Source: an uncultured Akkermansia sp. (GTDB taxonomy: Bacteria; Verrucomicrobiota; Verrucomicrobiia; Verrucomicrobiales; Akkermansiaceae). From it: a DNA stretch of 35,197 nt. The notes beneath the pieces are model-generated. The model was given only the letters and a program-made list of their open reading frames with translations. It was not told where the DNA came from and did no database searches. Each line of letters begins with the position of its first letter. The first letter of the stretch is position 1. The translations under genes and the position numbers were made by a program. Location of the stretch: positions 1-35,197 of the forward strand of contig CAZRZE010000002.1 of the NCBI GenBank assembly GCA_964604535.1, read 5' to 3'. This document shows, piece after piece, positions 1 through 9,453 of this stretch.

Positions 1-453
1 CGACTACGCCCCCACTGTATAGAAAAAGGCTGGCCCTTGCTCGTACAAGGAGAGCAACTCGACAGACGACGCATGGTAGAGGAATTCAAGAAAAACATAG
101 GTAGCGTCCTCTTTGGCACAGAAAGCTTCTGGACAGGCGTGGACGTACCAGGCGAAGCCCTGAGTAACGTCATCATCACCAAAATACCCTTTGAATCACC
201 TAGCAACCCACTGACAGAAGCACGCTGCGAGAGAATCACAGAGCAGGGAGGAAGCTCATTCTTTGACTACACGCTACCTGAGGCCATCTTAAAATTCCGA
301 CAAGGAACAGGGCGTCTCATCAGGAGCAAGAGCGACGAGGGAATCATCGTCTTATTGGACTCACGCATTACTGGAAAGCGCTACGGAGCACGATTCATGC
401 ATGCCCTACCAGCTGGAGCGAAGAGACAGTTCTTGGACGAACTGCCCGAATAA
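1..453 (+). CDS. dinG: DinG/YoaA-family ATP-dependent helicase, C-terminal part (5' truncated by window)
   Basis: Frame is open from base 1. Helicase_C_2 motifs GTESFWTGVDVPG, VIITKIPF, FRQGTGRLIRS and LLDSRI. Confidence 0.9.
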   Translation, partial: RLRPHCIEKGWPLLVQGEQLDRRRMVEEFKKNIGSVLFGTESFWTGVDVPGEALSNVIITKIPFESPSNPLTEARCERITEQGGSSFFDYTLPEAILKFRQGTGRLIRSKSDEGIIVLLDSRITGKRYGARFMHALPAGAKRQFLDELPE

Positions 454-460
454 AATCAAC

Positions 461-600
461 CTTCTCCCTGCGCGTAGCGTTGAAGGGATTATCAAGGACT
501 ATGTCCTTGAATAGGCAAAGCCCGAGTGCGTGCCAATGCGCGCGATAACGCGACACATCTCTACCGTCGCCAACGCGAAGCGTCCTCCCCCATTCCCCTT
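461..600. repeat. Intergenic multi-hairpin element (REP/MITE-like, unassigned)
   Basis: CGC-GTA-GCG (471-479), TCAAGGAC-TAT-GTCCTTGA (492-510), CGCG-ATAA-CGCG (541-552), ACGC-GAA-GCGT (573-583). Confidence 0.35.
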
Positions 601-618
601 CCCCTCTCCCAATACGCA

Positions 619-654
619 ATTACGCCCGAGCTCGTAAACGAACTCGGGCGTAAT
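619..654 (-). terminator. Intrinsic terminator hairpin downstream of the secretin gene (between convergent genes)
   Basis: ATTACGCCCGAG (619-630) pairs with CTCGGGCGTAAT (643-654), about 30 nt past the secretin stop. Confidence 0.75.
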
Positions 655-683
655 CTTATTTAAACCGTTACCTAGATTGGTCT

Positions 684-3338
684 TTATTCGAGACCGTCAT
701 CTGTTGGGAAAAGGCTGGGGCTATTACCTGCCGCAGCACTGCTACGGTCGCGGATAGGCGCACCAGATGGTGTAATCGTTTCTGCGGTCACGAAGATCAC
801 AAGGTTCTTACGAATGTGAGATTCTACATTACTGCGGAATAGAGTACCGATGAGAGGAATGTCGCCAAGGATAGGCACTTTGTCCTCAACCTTCTGAATG
901 TTATCTTCAATCAAACCACCGAGTGCGATAGTGTGACCATCAGCAACAGTTGGGTTGGAGTTGATATAACGGCGGCTGAAGATGGGCATATCGAGACGGT
1001 TTTCTGTGATGAGAACGTCTTGGATTTCCGCATCGTTAGCAACTGCAGAAGTAATGGGTGAACCATAGTTGATGAAGCCGTCAAAGTCCACAACGCGGAT
1101 TTCAAAGCGTTCAAACTTAATCACACTTGGATCGGATTCTGGTGCTACCTTAAAGCGGAAGCTGATACCGATGTCTTCTACGCGCCAGTCTTCAGGTGTA
1201 CCTGGTGTAGCAATGGGGAAGGAAGTACCATCACCGCTGCCAGTATTACCGTCTTGCAGCTGTGGTTCAGAGTAGGCACCAGGATAGTAGAATCGACGAA
1301 TCACTTCAATCTTCGCAGCGCCTTCATCTTCGGATAGGTCAGTTGCTTGATCAAGGGGAGCAGGAGTCCACTGGAGATCTTCACTACGGGCAACCAGAGT
1401 AGGTGCAGACATCACGTCTACGCCCTTCTTCTGAGAAAGACCGCGCATAATCATCTGGAAAGAACCAGAATCATAGATACCAGAAAGAGACATAATACCA
1501 GGAGCAACTGCGGCACCAGCGGCATCATGTGTAGAACCAACGCTCAAAAGATCATCAAGAACACTGCCAGATGCTGCACCTGTACCAGAACGGAGACCAC
1601 CTGTCACCAGACCGGGAACATTGCTGTTGGTGGATGTGCTAGACACGGGGAAGCTACCATTGCCATTGAAATTGTTGGCAAAAGCGGAACCACCACTTGT
1701 CACAAAGTCAGAAGTATTGCGAAGAGGTGCGGAGCTCGTTGCATTCACACCACCGAGGTACATGTCACCAGAATTGGAGACAGAGAAGGGGTTGATAACC
1801 CAGTCAAAGCTGAGCTCTTCTTCGTTTGTCTGTGTGATTTCAACAAACTTCGCCTGCACCTTGTACATCTTGTTAGGATTGGTGGACTCATAGTCGAGAA
1901 TTGCTTCACGAACGAGGGCGAGGTTTTCTGCCGTGTTGTGTACGGTGAGTGTACCTGTTACGCGAGAGTAGCTAGCGCGTGCCTTGCCACTGAACTCTAC
2001 ACCCTTAGCTTCCAAGCCCTTGATGGCATCAATACCAGGCTTTGCCTTGCTAGCGGTTGAGCCGAACTCGTCGTCATCAAACTCATCTTCCTCTTCACTG
2101 CCTTCACCAAAGAAACCAGCTGCAACCGTCCAACGTTCTGTGTCCATTGTCTGGTTAGCACCCTTTTGGGTGATGATGATAGCGTAGTCGTCTACACGGT
2201 AGGAGCAGTTTGCTTGGTCGCAAATAACACCCAAGAGGTAGCGGCCGTCAACGTTGCTAAGATTGATGCGACGGATTGTAGGATCAACTACAGGAGCAAC
2301 AAGTGCGACTGGGCCTGCTTCGATATCTTCTTCATCACCATCGAGAGAGTCTACGTCATCTTCAGTGATTTCTTCAACAACAGCGGCTTGAGGGACTGGT
2401 GGTTCGTAAACGAAGTTCAAGTTGCTGAGACCCTGCTTACGTGCTTCTGCACGGAGGTAGTCGAGAGCTTCTTCAAGAGGGGTTTCTTCGAGAGTCACCT
2501 GTGCGATGCGCAGGGTGTCAAGAGAATCATTATTACGAATCTGTGCTTCGGACAGAACGCTGCCTTGGTTGACTGCACCGAATACGGTTTCGTCATCTTC
2601 AGCTGTAAGGCGAACTTCCCATGCTGCATCTACCGCTGCAAGAGCACCTGCACGGAAGCTGTCATGAGCGACACCGTAGTATTCAGAGCGGGCTTGATGC
2701 ACGCGCTGCTGACCACGACGAGCGGCCTTGTTGTAGGGGTCAATCTCAAGAACACGAGCGAAAGTCTTGTTCGCTTCGTCGTACTTGGCCAACTGATAGT
2801 TGGATTCACCGAGGACGAGGAGACGATTGACTTCTTCTACATTCTTGACATGCTCAGGAGTGAGCGCAGGATTGTTGCGGATAGGATCATTGAGACGCTC
2901 CAACTCCAACTTGACACGCTTGTTGTTTGGCTGACGCTCCAGTACTTCGAGGAGTAACTGTTCGGCATCATCATAGCGACCCACTTTGGCATATTCCATA
3001 GCAACAGCGATAGAAGCATCACCGATATGGTCGATGATTACCTGCTGCTGCTGTGCAGTGGCGGGGGCTTTGGGAAGCAAATCCCATGCAGAGCGATAGA
3101 GTTCGAGAGCTTCTACATAGCTGCGAGAAGCATAAGCTTCACGGCCTTCTTGCAGCTTAATAATCGCTTGGCGAGCCTGTTCTTGACGACGGGCTGCCTC
3201 ACGGCTTACGATCTGGGGCTGATAGTAGGATCCTGCATTTTGCTGAGCTGTTGCTGGAAGGCTTGCCCATGGGCAGCTGGCAGCAATGGCGAGGAGCGCT
3301 ACAACTTTCTTCGATTGATTGAGAGGTACGCGGTTCAT
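684..3338 (-). CDS. Outer-membrane secretin with N-terminal TPR repeats (Amuc_1098/PilQ/GspD-like)
   Basis: Signal peptide. TPR-like helices (YDEANKTFARVLEIDPYNKAARRG). Secretin C-terminus DGHTIALGGL...KVPILGDIPLIGTLFRS...NLVIFVTA. Confidence 0.9.
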   Translation of the reverse strand: MNRVPLNQSKKVVALLAIAASCPWASLPATAQQNAGSYYQPQIVSREAARRQEQARQAIIKLQEGREAYASRSYVEALELYRSAWDLLPKAPATAQQQQVIIDHIGDASIAVAMEYAKVGRYDDAEQLLLEVLERQPNNKRVKLELERLNDPIRNNPALTPEHVKNVEEVNRLLVLGESNYQLAKYDEANKTFARVLEIDPYNKAARRGQQRVHQARSEYYGVAHDSFRAGALAAVDAAWEVRLTAEDDETVFGAVNQGSVLSEAQIRNNDSLDTLRIAQVTLEETPLEEALDYLRAEARKQGLSNLNFVYEPPVPQAAVVEEITEDDVDSLDGDEEDIEAGPVALVAPVVDPTIRRINLSNVDGRYLLGVICDQANCSYRVDDYAIIITQKGANQTMDTERWTVAAGFFGEGSEEEDEFDDDEFGSTASKAKPGIDAIKGLEAKGVEFSGKARASYSRVTGTLTVHNTAENLALVREAILDYESTNPNKMYKVQAKFVEITQTNEEELSFDWVINPFSVSNSGDMYLGGVNATSSAPLRNTSDFVTSGGSAFANNFNGNGSFPVSSTSTNSNVPGLVTGGLRSGTGAASGSVLDDLLSVGSTHDAAGAAVAPGIMSLSGIYDSGSFQMIMRGLSQKKGVDVMSAPTLVARSEDLQWTPAPLDQATDLSEDEGAAKIEVIRRFYYPGAYSEPQLQDGNTGSGDGTSFPIATPGTPEDWRVEDIGISFRFKVAPESDPSVIKFERFEIRVVDFDGFINYGSPITSAVANDAEIQDVLITENRLDMPIFSRRYINSNPTVADGHTIALGGLIEDNIQKVEDKVPILGDIPLIGTLFRSNVESHIRKNLVIFVTAETITPSGAPIRDRSSAAAGNSPSLFPTDDGLE

Positions 3339-3425
3339 GGTAACGTTATATTTATGACATGCTCGAGGTGTTTTGTAAAGTCTACAATTGAAAAAAACTG
3401 TATTTTTTTCACCTCGGGCATTAGG

Positions 3426-4571
3426 TTATTCTGACTTGGGGATATTGATTGGGGTTGGTTTGTTATTTTCATCTTGTTGACCATCAGCTGATGGCGCTAT
3501 AACTGGAACGATATTCACGCTACCATTTTCATCGATATTTTCAATGAGGTATTGTGTCTCATCATGGCCAGGAATAGTGAAGGGGACGCCAACATCTGCC
3601 TTAAAGCGCGCTGAGAACGTGCCAAGGGCAGAACCTGCGGTGACTTCAAAGGTGGCTGTTGTATCAAAAACATGGTGACCACGTTGCTCTTCTGCGGGGC
3701 GTTCTGCCTCATTGGAGCGGCGAGCACCTGCACGCATGTAGAATTGACTCTTTTCGCGGGGTTGCTTCGTGTCGCGGATATGTACTGTAAACTCGGGAGT
3801 CTCCGTTCCATGCGCTGTGTAGGGGCGTGAAACAAAGCCGATGACAACAAAGCGCTCTGGCTCACCCTCGGTCACGCCGAACCTTGAGCCAGGCTTGACG
3901 GTGATTTCCTTTGTGGGGCGTGCATTAGAGGACGCGGCAACACCGATTTTGATTTCGGCAGGAGCTTCTGTTGCGTAGGCAAGCGAAGAGCCAGTCGTGA
4001 TGTAGGAATTGGTCTTTGTGACATCCTTGACCACCAACTTGGGCAACTCTGTCTTTCCAATAAGGAGAGGATAGCTGCTCTTGTCTTTGGGCTTCGTCTT
4101 GTTCTGGTACTCTTCCAGTGTGGTGAATCCATCACCATCTGTGTCCAGAGTGAGTGCGTCGGAGCGGCTCAGCGCATCGCCTATTCCCTCCGTGATAAAC
4201 CAGATATTGGGGATATCAGAGTGGATGGAAGTAGCCTTGGGATCAAGCACGTCAATGACGGTCTCGCCCTCTGCTGTCTTGATCTGCCAAAGCTCTGGCG
4301 AGAAGAAGAAGTAGGTCATGCGATCAGAATCATCAGCTGCCTTTTCTGGGGCGAAGTGATCCTTGATAGAACGGTCCGTCTTGAGGTAGTCCAAGAGCGC
4401 GTCAGATTGCTTTGTGAGCTCTTTTTGCTTCAAGCCGCCCGATCTAATGCTCGTTTCGACTGGTTTCACATCGGAGGAGTACATCATGTAGCCCCCTGCT
4501 AGAGCACCAACGAGGCCTAAAACCACGCCTGTCGCGAGCAACTTTTGACTAAAGTTTGAATTATCTGCCAT
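3426..4571 (-). CDS. Amuc_1099-like pilus-system protein (N-terminal membrane anchor, DxDxDG Ca-binding-like motif)
   Basis: N-terminal TM segment and DTDGDGFTTLEEY motif. Lies between the Amuc_1100-like gene and the secretin. Confidence 0.75.
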   Translation of the reverse strand: MADNSNFSQKLLATGVVLGLVGALAGGYMMYSSDVKPVETSIRSGGLKQKELTKQSDALLDYLKTDRSIKDHFAPEKAADDSDRMTYFFFSPELWQIKTAEGETVIDVLDPKATSIHSDIPNIWFITEGIGDALSRSDALTLDTDGDGFTTLEEYQNKTKPKDKSSYPLLIGKTELPKLVVKDVTKTNSYITTGSSLAYATEAPAEIKIGVAASSNARPTKEITVKPGSRFGVTEGEPERFVVIGFVSRPYTAHGTETPEFTVHIRDTKQPREKSQFYMRAGARRSNEAERPAEEQRGHHVFDTTATFEVTAGSALGTFSARFKADVGVPFTIPGHDETQYLIENIDENGSVNIVPVIAPSADGQQDENNKPTPINIPKSE

Positions 4572-4589
4572 AATATGAGAGGGTATTGG

Positions 4590-5498
4590 TTATTTTTGTT
4601 TGTTGAAGTAGAGCACCTCCATAACGAGGTGAACATGGACATACTCTTCTGCCTGTCCTGTTAAGGGGCGGGCAACCTGCTCATAAGAGAGAGACGCGGC
4701 TGGGGCAACTTCACCCTCTGCGACCACTTCACTGGGATCAATAGCCACCGTTTGGAAGGAGGACATTGCAGGAGGGATAGCCATATTAGAGGCAGCACTC
4801 AGGCCCGTGATTTTGTAGAAGAACTTTTTATCGCTCATGAGGCTATTGAGTACCTTGGGAAGACCAGCGCGCTTTGACTTGAAGGATATCTCAAAGCGCA
4901 GCGGCGTGTAAACACCGAGACGCTTTGACTTCTTCGCATCCAAGAGATCTTCGTGTATAGGCGCGCAGTAGATTTTTTCCACAACGGCGGCGTCGGAATC
5001 CATCACCACATTGGCGGCGTTGTTCACTGCTGCCAGCAAGAATGCCAAATAGGGCACATGATCAATATTGGCCAGCTTTGTGCTGTAGTCGCCGAGACCC
5101 AGCTTTGCCGCGGGAGATGCCAAAATAATAGATTGTTCTTGAGCCTTTGCTGCAAGCTTGTTGGTAGCGTCCGTGTAGGCCTTTTGGAAGGCGGGCGCAT
5201 CATTGATGCCAGCGGTGGCATCGGAGGCGGCCTTTTGGTAGTCCTTCATCAAAGAATCGACACTATCAAAGGTCTTTTGCAATGTTTCGCGTGCAGTTAC
5301 AAGCGCCTTGAGGTTGGGAAGGGTGGGAGCAAAGTCCGCACCGTTGAACTCTTCATAAGCTGCGGTCATCTCAGCGAGCTTTATCTTGTTCGCCTCTGCG
5401 TCGGAGTAAGATCCATAACCCTTGTACATCAGACCGCAAAAAGCGATACCGAAGACAGCGGATAGGGCTATTACCCTCTTATTTTCACTAATATTCAT
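4590..5498 (-). CDS. Amuc_1100-like pilus-associated protein (PilO-like)
   Basis: N-terminal TM plus coiled coil. C-terminal FEISF...LPKVLNSL...FFYKI...G.E.VHVHLVMEVLYF pattern. Synteny with the Akkermansia cluster. Confidence 0.8.
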   Translation of the reverse strand: MNISENKRVIALSAVFGIAFCGLMYKGYGSYSDAEANKIKLAEMTAAYEEFNGADFAPTLPNLKALVTARETLQKTFDSVDSLMKDYQKAASDATAGINDAPAFQKAYTDATNKLAAKAQEQSIILASPAAKLGLGDYSTKLANIDHVPYLAFLLAAVNNAANVVMDSDAAVVEKIYCAPIHEDLLDAKKSKRLGVYTPLRFEISFKSKRAGLPKVLNSLMSDKKFFYKITGLSAASNMAIPPAMSSFQTVAIDPSEVVAEGEVAPAASLSYEQVARPLTGQAEEYVHVHLVMEVLYFNKQK

Positions 5499-5534
5499 GG
5501 GAGAAAATGGTATTTAATTGAGTTTCATTCTAGC

Positions 5535-7409
5535 TTACTTCTTCTCCTGCTTGACAGGGTAGGCAATAGGTTCTTTGAGGGGCATGACTATCATGAACTT
5601 CTCCACGTAGTCAAGTTCCTTTTCCTTGCCGAGATCCTTGGAGGAAATGAAGCGGAAGTACTTGTTGAGATTAGAGTTCACCTTCTGAGCATCGAGATCA
5701 AAGAGCGTACCCGCTGTGCGGTTGTCGAAGTTCTGGCTGACAATATCACGGATAATGTCTTGATGCGCGATATCCTTGCTACCAGGTGTTTTAATCACGT
5801 AGCCGCTGAGATAGATAGCGTTCACCATAGGTGCCTTGTTCTTCATCTTGCTATTGAGCACCTCACCAGGTTCATTGATGGCGGTGACACTAGTACCATT
5901 GATACTGCGTGTCATGTCAATGAGCTTGACGCCTTGAATGTTCTGTGTGGGGCCTGTCAGGTCGAGGTTCTCAATATCATAGTTGATCATGGGAGAGAAC
6001 TCGGTGAACCAATACTTCGTCGAAGGGGTCTTGTCTATAACCATCTTGAGAATGTCAATGTAGGCTGTACGAGCCTGCTTGAGCTCAAGCAAATCAGCTA
6101 GATCCTTTTCCAACTTCGTGTAGCGACCCTCTGCGGTAGCAATTCTGCTATTCATGGAGTCATCGCTTTGGTACTTCGCTTCTGCTGTCTTCAGGTAATT
6201 AGCTGTAGTATCAGCAGCATCCATAGCAGCGTATGTGAAGAAGGCTGCACCAGCAAGGGCAATACCGCCTGCAAGGGCTACCTTGGGCAACAAGGCGCGT
6301 TCATCTCTATCCTTTTGAACACTTGTAGGAACAAGGTCGATGGAGAATTCACCCACACCTGCACCTGTTACAGCGGCACCTGCGATAGGACCGAGACAGA
6401 CTGCGTCCATCTCTACAGCCTCAGGATCAACATGGGAGCCGAGAGAGAAGGCTTCCAAGGGTCGCAAGTAATCGATGGGCAGACTGAGAGTCTCTTGCAA
6501 GAACTCCAGCGTGAAGGGGAGACGTGAGCCGCCACCGCAAATCAGAACCTTGCTAGGAGCAGTGCCCTTGAGCTGGGAGCGATAGTGGTTGATGGTGCGC
6601 TGGACTTCCGTACCAAGACGATTCATCGCATTGCGAATAGTGGTCGCAAGTGCAGCCTGTTGAGGCTCCATAGAATCTGTGTGACCATTACCCATGGAGA
6701 CAGCACCCATGCTCACCTTGAGCTCTTCCGCCTCGCGGAAGCTCACCTTCTGTTCACGGGCAATTGCGCTAGTGACAAAGCCGCCTGCTGCCGTTACGGA
6801 ACGTGTGAAGAAGCGCTCTCCTTCGGAGAAAATGATATCTGTTGTCTTTGCACCAATGTCGAGAATCATCGTGCACTCACCATCATCGGGGTAGCATGCG
6901 CGATAGACATTGTAGAGAGAGGTGACAGAGCAGTCAACACCGCGCACCTTGAGGCCACCCGCTTGAACCTGCTCATGCAGTTCATCGAGAACCTCTTTCT
7001 TGATGGCGACGAGGAGAACTTCGCGCTCTCCCTCTTCTGTCATGCCCAACTGCTGGTAGGAGTAGGCAATTTCATCGAGAGGGAAGGGAATTTGCTGTTG
7101 AGCTTCAAAGCCTACAAGCTCATCAATATCATCTGTATCGAGAACGAGGAGCTTGATAAAGCGCATGAACACCTGCTGTCCAGAGACAACACTGCGAACA
7201 TCACTGCCCTTTACTTTGAGTTCTTCTACTAATTCAGTCACAGCAGAGCTAACGTAATCTATACGCATGCCCTCCTCCAGCGGATCTAGCACGATATCGC
7301 GACGCGCATAGCGAGAGAGCGTAAAGCCCTTTCCTCGTGGGGTGAATACCCCCATCGTCACGCTTTGCGCACCGACTTCCAGTGCTACCGTTGTTTTATA
7401 TTCAGCCAT
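5535..7409 (-). CDS. pilM: PilM (FtsA/actin-like ATPase) fused to a TM + PilN-like region; Amuc_1101-like
   Basis: Motifs VALEVGAQSV, FEAQQQIPFPLDE, ILDIGAKTT and LICGGGSRL. Then IDLVP (similar to the PilN INLLP motif), a TM helix and a coiled coil. Confidence 0.85.
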   Translation of the reverse strand: MAEYKTTVALEVGAQSVTMGVFTPRGKGFTLSRYARRDIVLDPLEEGMRIDYVSSAVTELVEELKVKGSDVRSVVSGQQVFMRFIKLLVLDTDDIDELVGFEAQQQIPFPLDEIAYSYQQLGMTEEGEREVLLVAIKKEVLDELHEQVQAGGLKVRGVDCSVTSLYNVYRACYPDDGECTMILDIGAKTTDIIFSEGERFFTRSVTAAGGFVTSAIAREQKVSFREAEELKVSMGAVSMGNGHTDSMEPQQAALATTIRNAMNRLGTEVQRTINHYRSQLKGTAPSKVLICGGGSRLPFTLEFLQETLSLPIDYLRPLEAFSLGSHVDPEAVEMDAVCLGPIAGAAVTGAGVGEFSIDLVPTSVQKDRDERALLPKVALAGGIALAGAAFFTYAAMDAADTTANYLKTAEAKYQSDDSMNSRIATAEGRYTKLEKDLADLLELKQARTAYIDILKMVIDKTPSTKYWFTEFSPMINYDIENLDLTGPTQNIQGVKLIDMTRSINGTSVTAINEPGEVLNSKMKNKAPMVNAIYLSGYVIKTPGSKDIAHQDIIRDIVSQNFDNRTAGTLFDLDAQKVNSNLNKYFRFISSKDLGKEKELDYVEKFMIVMPLKEPIAYPVKQEKK

Positions 7410-7466
7410 ATTTCTTTGGTCGTTCAGTTGGTAATAAAAAAATTATATGTATAAGATACATTCTTC

Positions 7467-8279
7467 TTAACGAGAAGAACGTGTGCTTCTGCTAGAAGCC
7501 TTGTCATCATCATCGTCAGAAGAGCTGCTTCTAGCGCTACGTGCAGGTGCAGGTGCAGCCACGGGCGCAGCCGCCACCATGGGGCGCATCTGAGGGAACA
7601 ATCCTGCATACTGTAGAGCGTAGGGGGATTCATTAACAGCGGTGAGCTTTGCACCGCCAGAGTTAGCTTCAGCGCTACGCTTCCACCAGTTTTCGGTCAC
7701 CTTGCGTGATCCTACTTCAAAGTTTGGCTTTGTGCCAGGCTTGATAACGCTTTCGCCTCCTGCTTTTGCTTCAATTGCAATGGCTTCGATCATGCCGTCA
7801 AGGTCACCCTTCTTGGAGCCCGCTAAATCACCAGCGATGAGGAAGGCATCCTCAGGGGCAATGAGAGCACCAATGTAGACTTCCTTAGCAACGCCTTCTT
7901 TGCTACCTGCATCGAGAGGGATATTGACAAAGGTCATGTTCTTTTTGAGTTGAACACTTGTACCATCTGGACGTGCAAAGCGCACATGCAGAACAATATC
8001 CAGCTCTGGCACATAGGCGGGCACCTGCTCACCCTTAGCGCGACCTACCACCTTGATGGGAAAGGCAAAGTACTGCCAAGAATTAACGTAATCATACTTG
8101 GGTGCTTTCACCTTCATAGCGGCAAAGGGATTGGTGCCAACAAGGCGTGGAAGCTTATGAACCTCAACCTTAGAGGACTTGACTTCAACCTGAACAGCTG
8201 TCGAATAAGTAGTATCCTGAGCCATAGCACCACTTGCAAGAAGTGCGCCGACAACGAGAGATTTGAATAGATTTTTCAT
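7467..8279 (-). CDS. Amuc_1102-like exported pilus-cluster protein
   Basis: Signal peptide (ASGAMA-Q), beta-rich body, low-complexity A/P/S/D tail. First gene of the cluster. Confidence 0.7.
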   Translation of the reverse strand: MKNLFKSLVVGALLASGAMAQDTTYSTAVQVEVKSSKVEVHKLPRLVGTNPFAAMKVKAPKYDYVNSWQYFAFPIKVVGRAKGEQVPAYVPELDIVLHVRFARPDGTSVQLKKNMTFVNIPLDAGSKEGVAKEVYIGALIAPEDAFLIAGDLAGSKKGDLDGMIEAIAIEAKAGGESVIKPGTKPNFEVGSRKVTENWWKRSAEANSGGAKLTAVNESPYALQYAGLFPQMRPMVAAAPVAAPAPARSARSSSSDDDDDKASSRSTRSSR

Positions 8280-8436
8280 GATAATTGTGAGGGGGAATTC
8301 TTATACCTTATACACGAAAACACCCCGTCTTGGCGAGAAAAACTTACGCGAAAGGCGATTTTTTTTGTATTCAGGGCGTAAAATCGCAATTTTTTGTTCA
8401 CAAAATGCCCTTTTCCGTGATAGTATAGATGCAGCT

Positions 8437-9417
8437 ATGACAGCCCTTGCTACCTATATTCACGACCTCAATCCCATCATTATTGGCTCTCCAGACAGCA
8501 TATTAGCACTGCGCTGGTACGGTCTAGCCTATGTTATGGGCTTCATCCTCGGCTTCCTGTTGCTGCGCTATCTCTCACGCAGAGAGCTCTATACCATGCC
8601 CGAGGCAAAGCTGATGGACTTCGTCACATCGGTAGCTATCTATGGCGTCTTGGTAGGCGGACGATTCGGAGAATTCTTCTTCTACTGGCTGCCCCAGCAT
8701 GGCTGGGAGGGCTTTTCCTCTGACCCGCTGTGGGTCTTCCGCGTCTGGGAAGGCGGCATGGCATCCCATGGCGGCATCATAGGCGTTGTGCTGGTCTGCT
8801 TGTTCTATGCGCGACGTTACAAGGTCTCCTTCCTCTCCCTGACAGATGGTCTTGCCATCGTCGCACCGCTTGGTATCTTCTTCGGACGCGTTGCCAACTT
8901 CATCAACGGAGAACTCTATGGTCGCGTTGCTAGCGCAGACAACCCCATTGCGATGAAGTTCCCCTTAGAAATAGGTGAACTCTCTCCAGAGAAATACGCA
9001 CAGATGTATCATGCCATTGCCAGCATCGCACCCACTCCCATAGACCCCAACAACGTCGGCGGCAGCATCATAGAACTGAGCCGCAGCAGCGAGCCCGTGC
9101 GCAATCTGTTGGGGCACTTTCTCACCCCACGCTATCCTTCCCAGCTTTTTGAGGCACTAGCAGAAGGCCTCATCATCTTCCTCATCCTCTTCATACTGCG
9201 CATCGTGTGGAAAAAAGCGCCAACTGGCATATTCTGTGCCTTCTTCGCCCTTCTCTACGCAGCTGGTCGCATCATTTGCGAGTACTATCGCGAACCCGAC
9301 AATGCTCTTTGGATGGGATTCACCCGTGGGCAGTATCTCTCCTTTGGATTGGTAGTCGTAGGTTTAGGGATCCTCTTCTACAGTCTCAAGAAAAAATCAA
9401 GTAGCAGCCTCAACTAA
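8437..9417 (+). CDS. lgt: Prolipoprotein diacylglyceryl transferase
   Basis: Motifs RWYGLAY, VWEGGMASHGG, GRVANFINGELYGR, RYPSQLFE and EYYREPD. Start moved to ATG 8437 because a TGA-TAGTAT -10 box lies at 8418-8426. Confidence 0.95.
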   Translation: MTALATYIHDLNPIIIGSPDSILALRWYGLAYVMGFILGFLLLRYLSRRELYTMPEAKLMDFVTSVAIYGVLVGGRFGEFFFYWLPQHGWEGFSSDPLWVFRVWEGGMASHGGIIGVVLVCLFYARRYKVSFLSLTDGLAIVAPLGIFFGRVANFINGELYGRVASADNPIAMKFPLEIGELSPEKYAQMYHAIASIAPTPIDPNNVGGSIIELSRSSEPVRNLLGHFLTPRYPSQLFEALAEGLIIFLILFILRIVWKKAPTGIFCAFFALLYAAGRIICEYYREPDNALWMGFTRGQYLSFGLVVVGLGILFYSLKKKSSSSLN

Positions 9418-9453
9418 AATCTTTAAAAATTTTCACCCCAAAAACTTCTTCAC

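Noticed and set aside
395..619. 74-aa minus-strand ORF in the dinG-secretin gap
   Set aside because: Overlaps dinG antisense, starts within the terminator and has no protein-like features.
8263..8436. 58-aa N-terminal extension of lgt
   Set aside because: Overlaps the divergent gene start and promoter region; the Lgt-like sequence begins at 8437.
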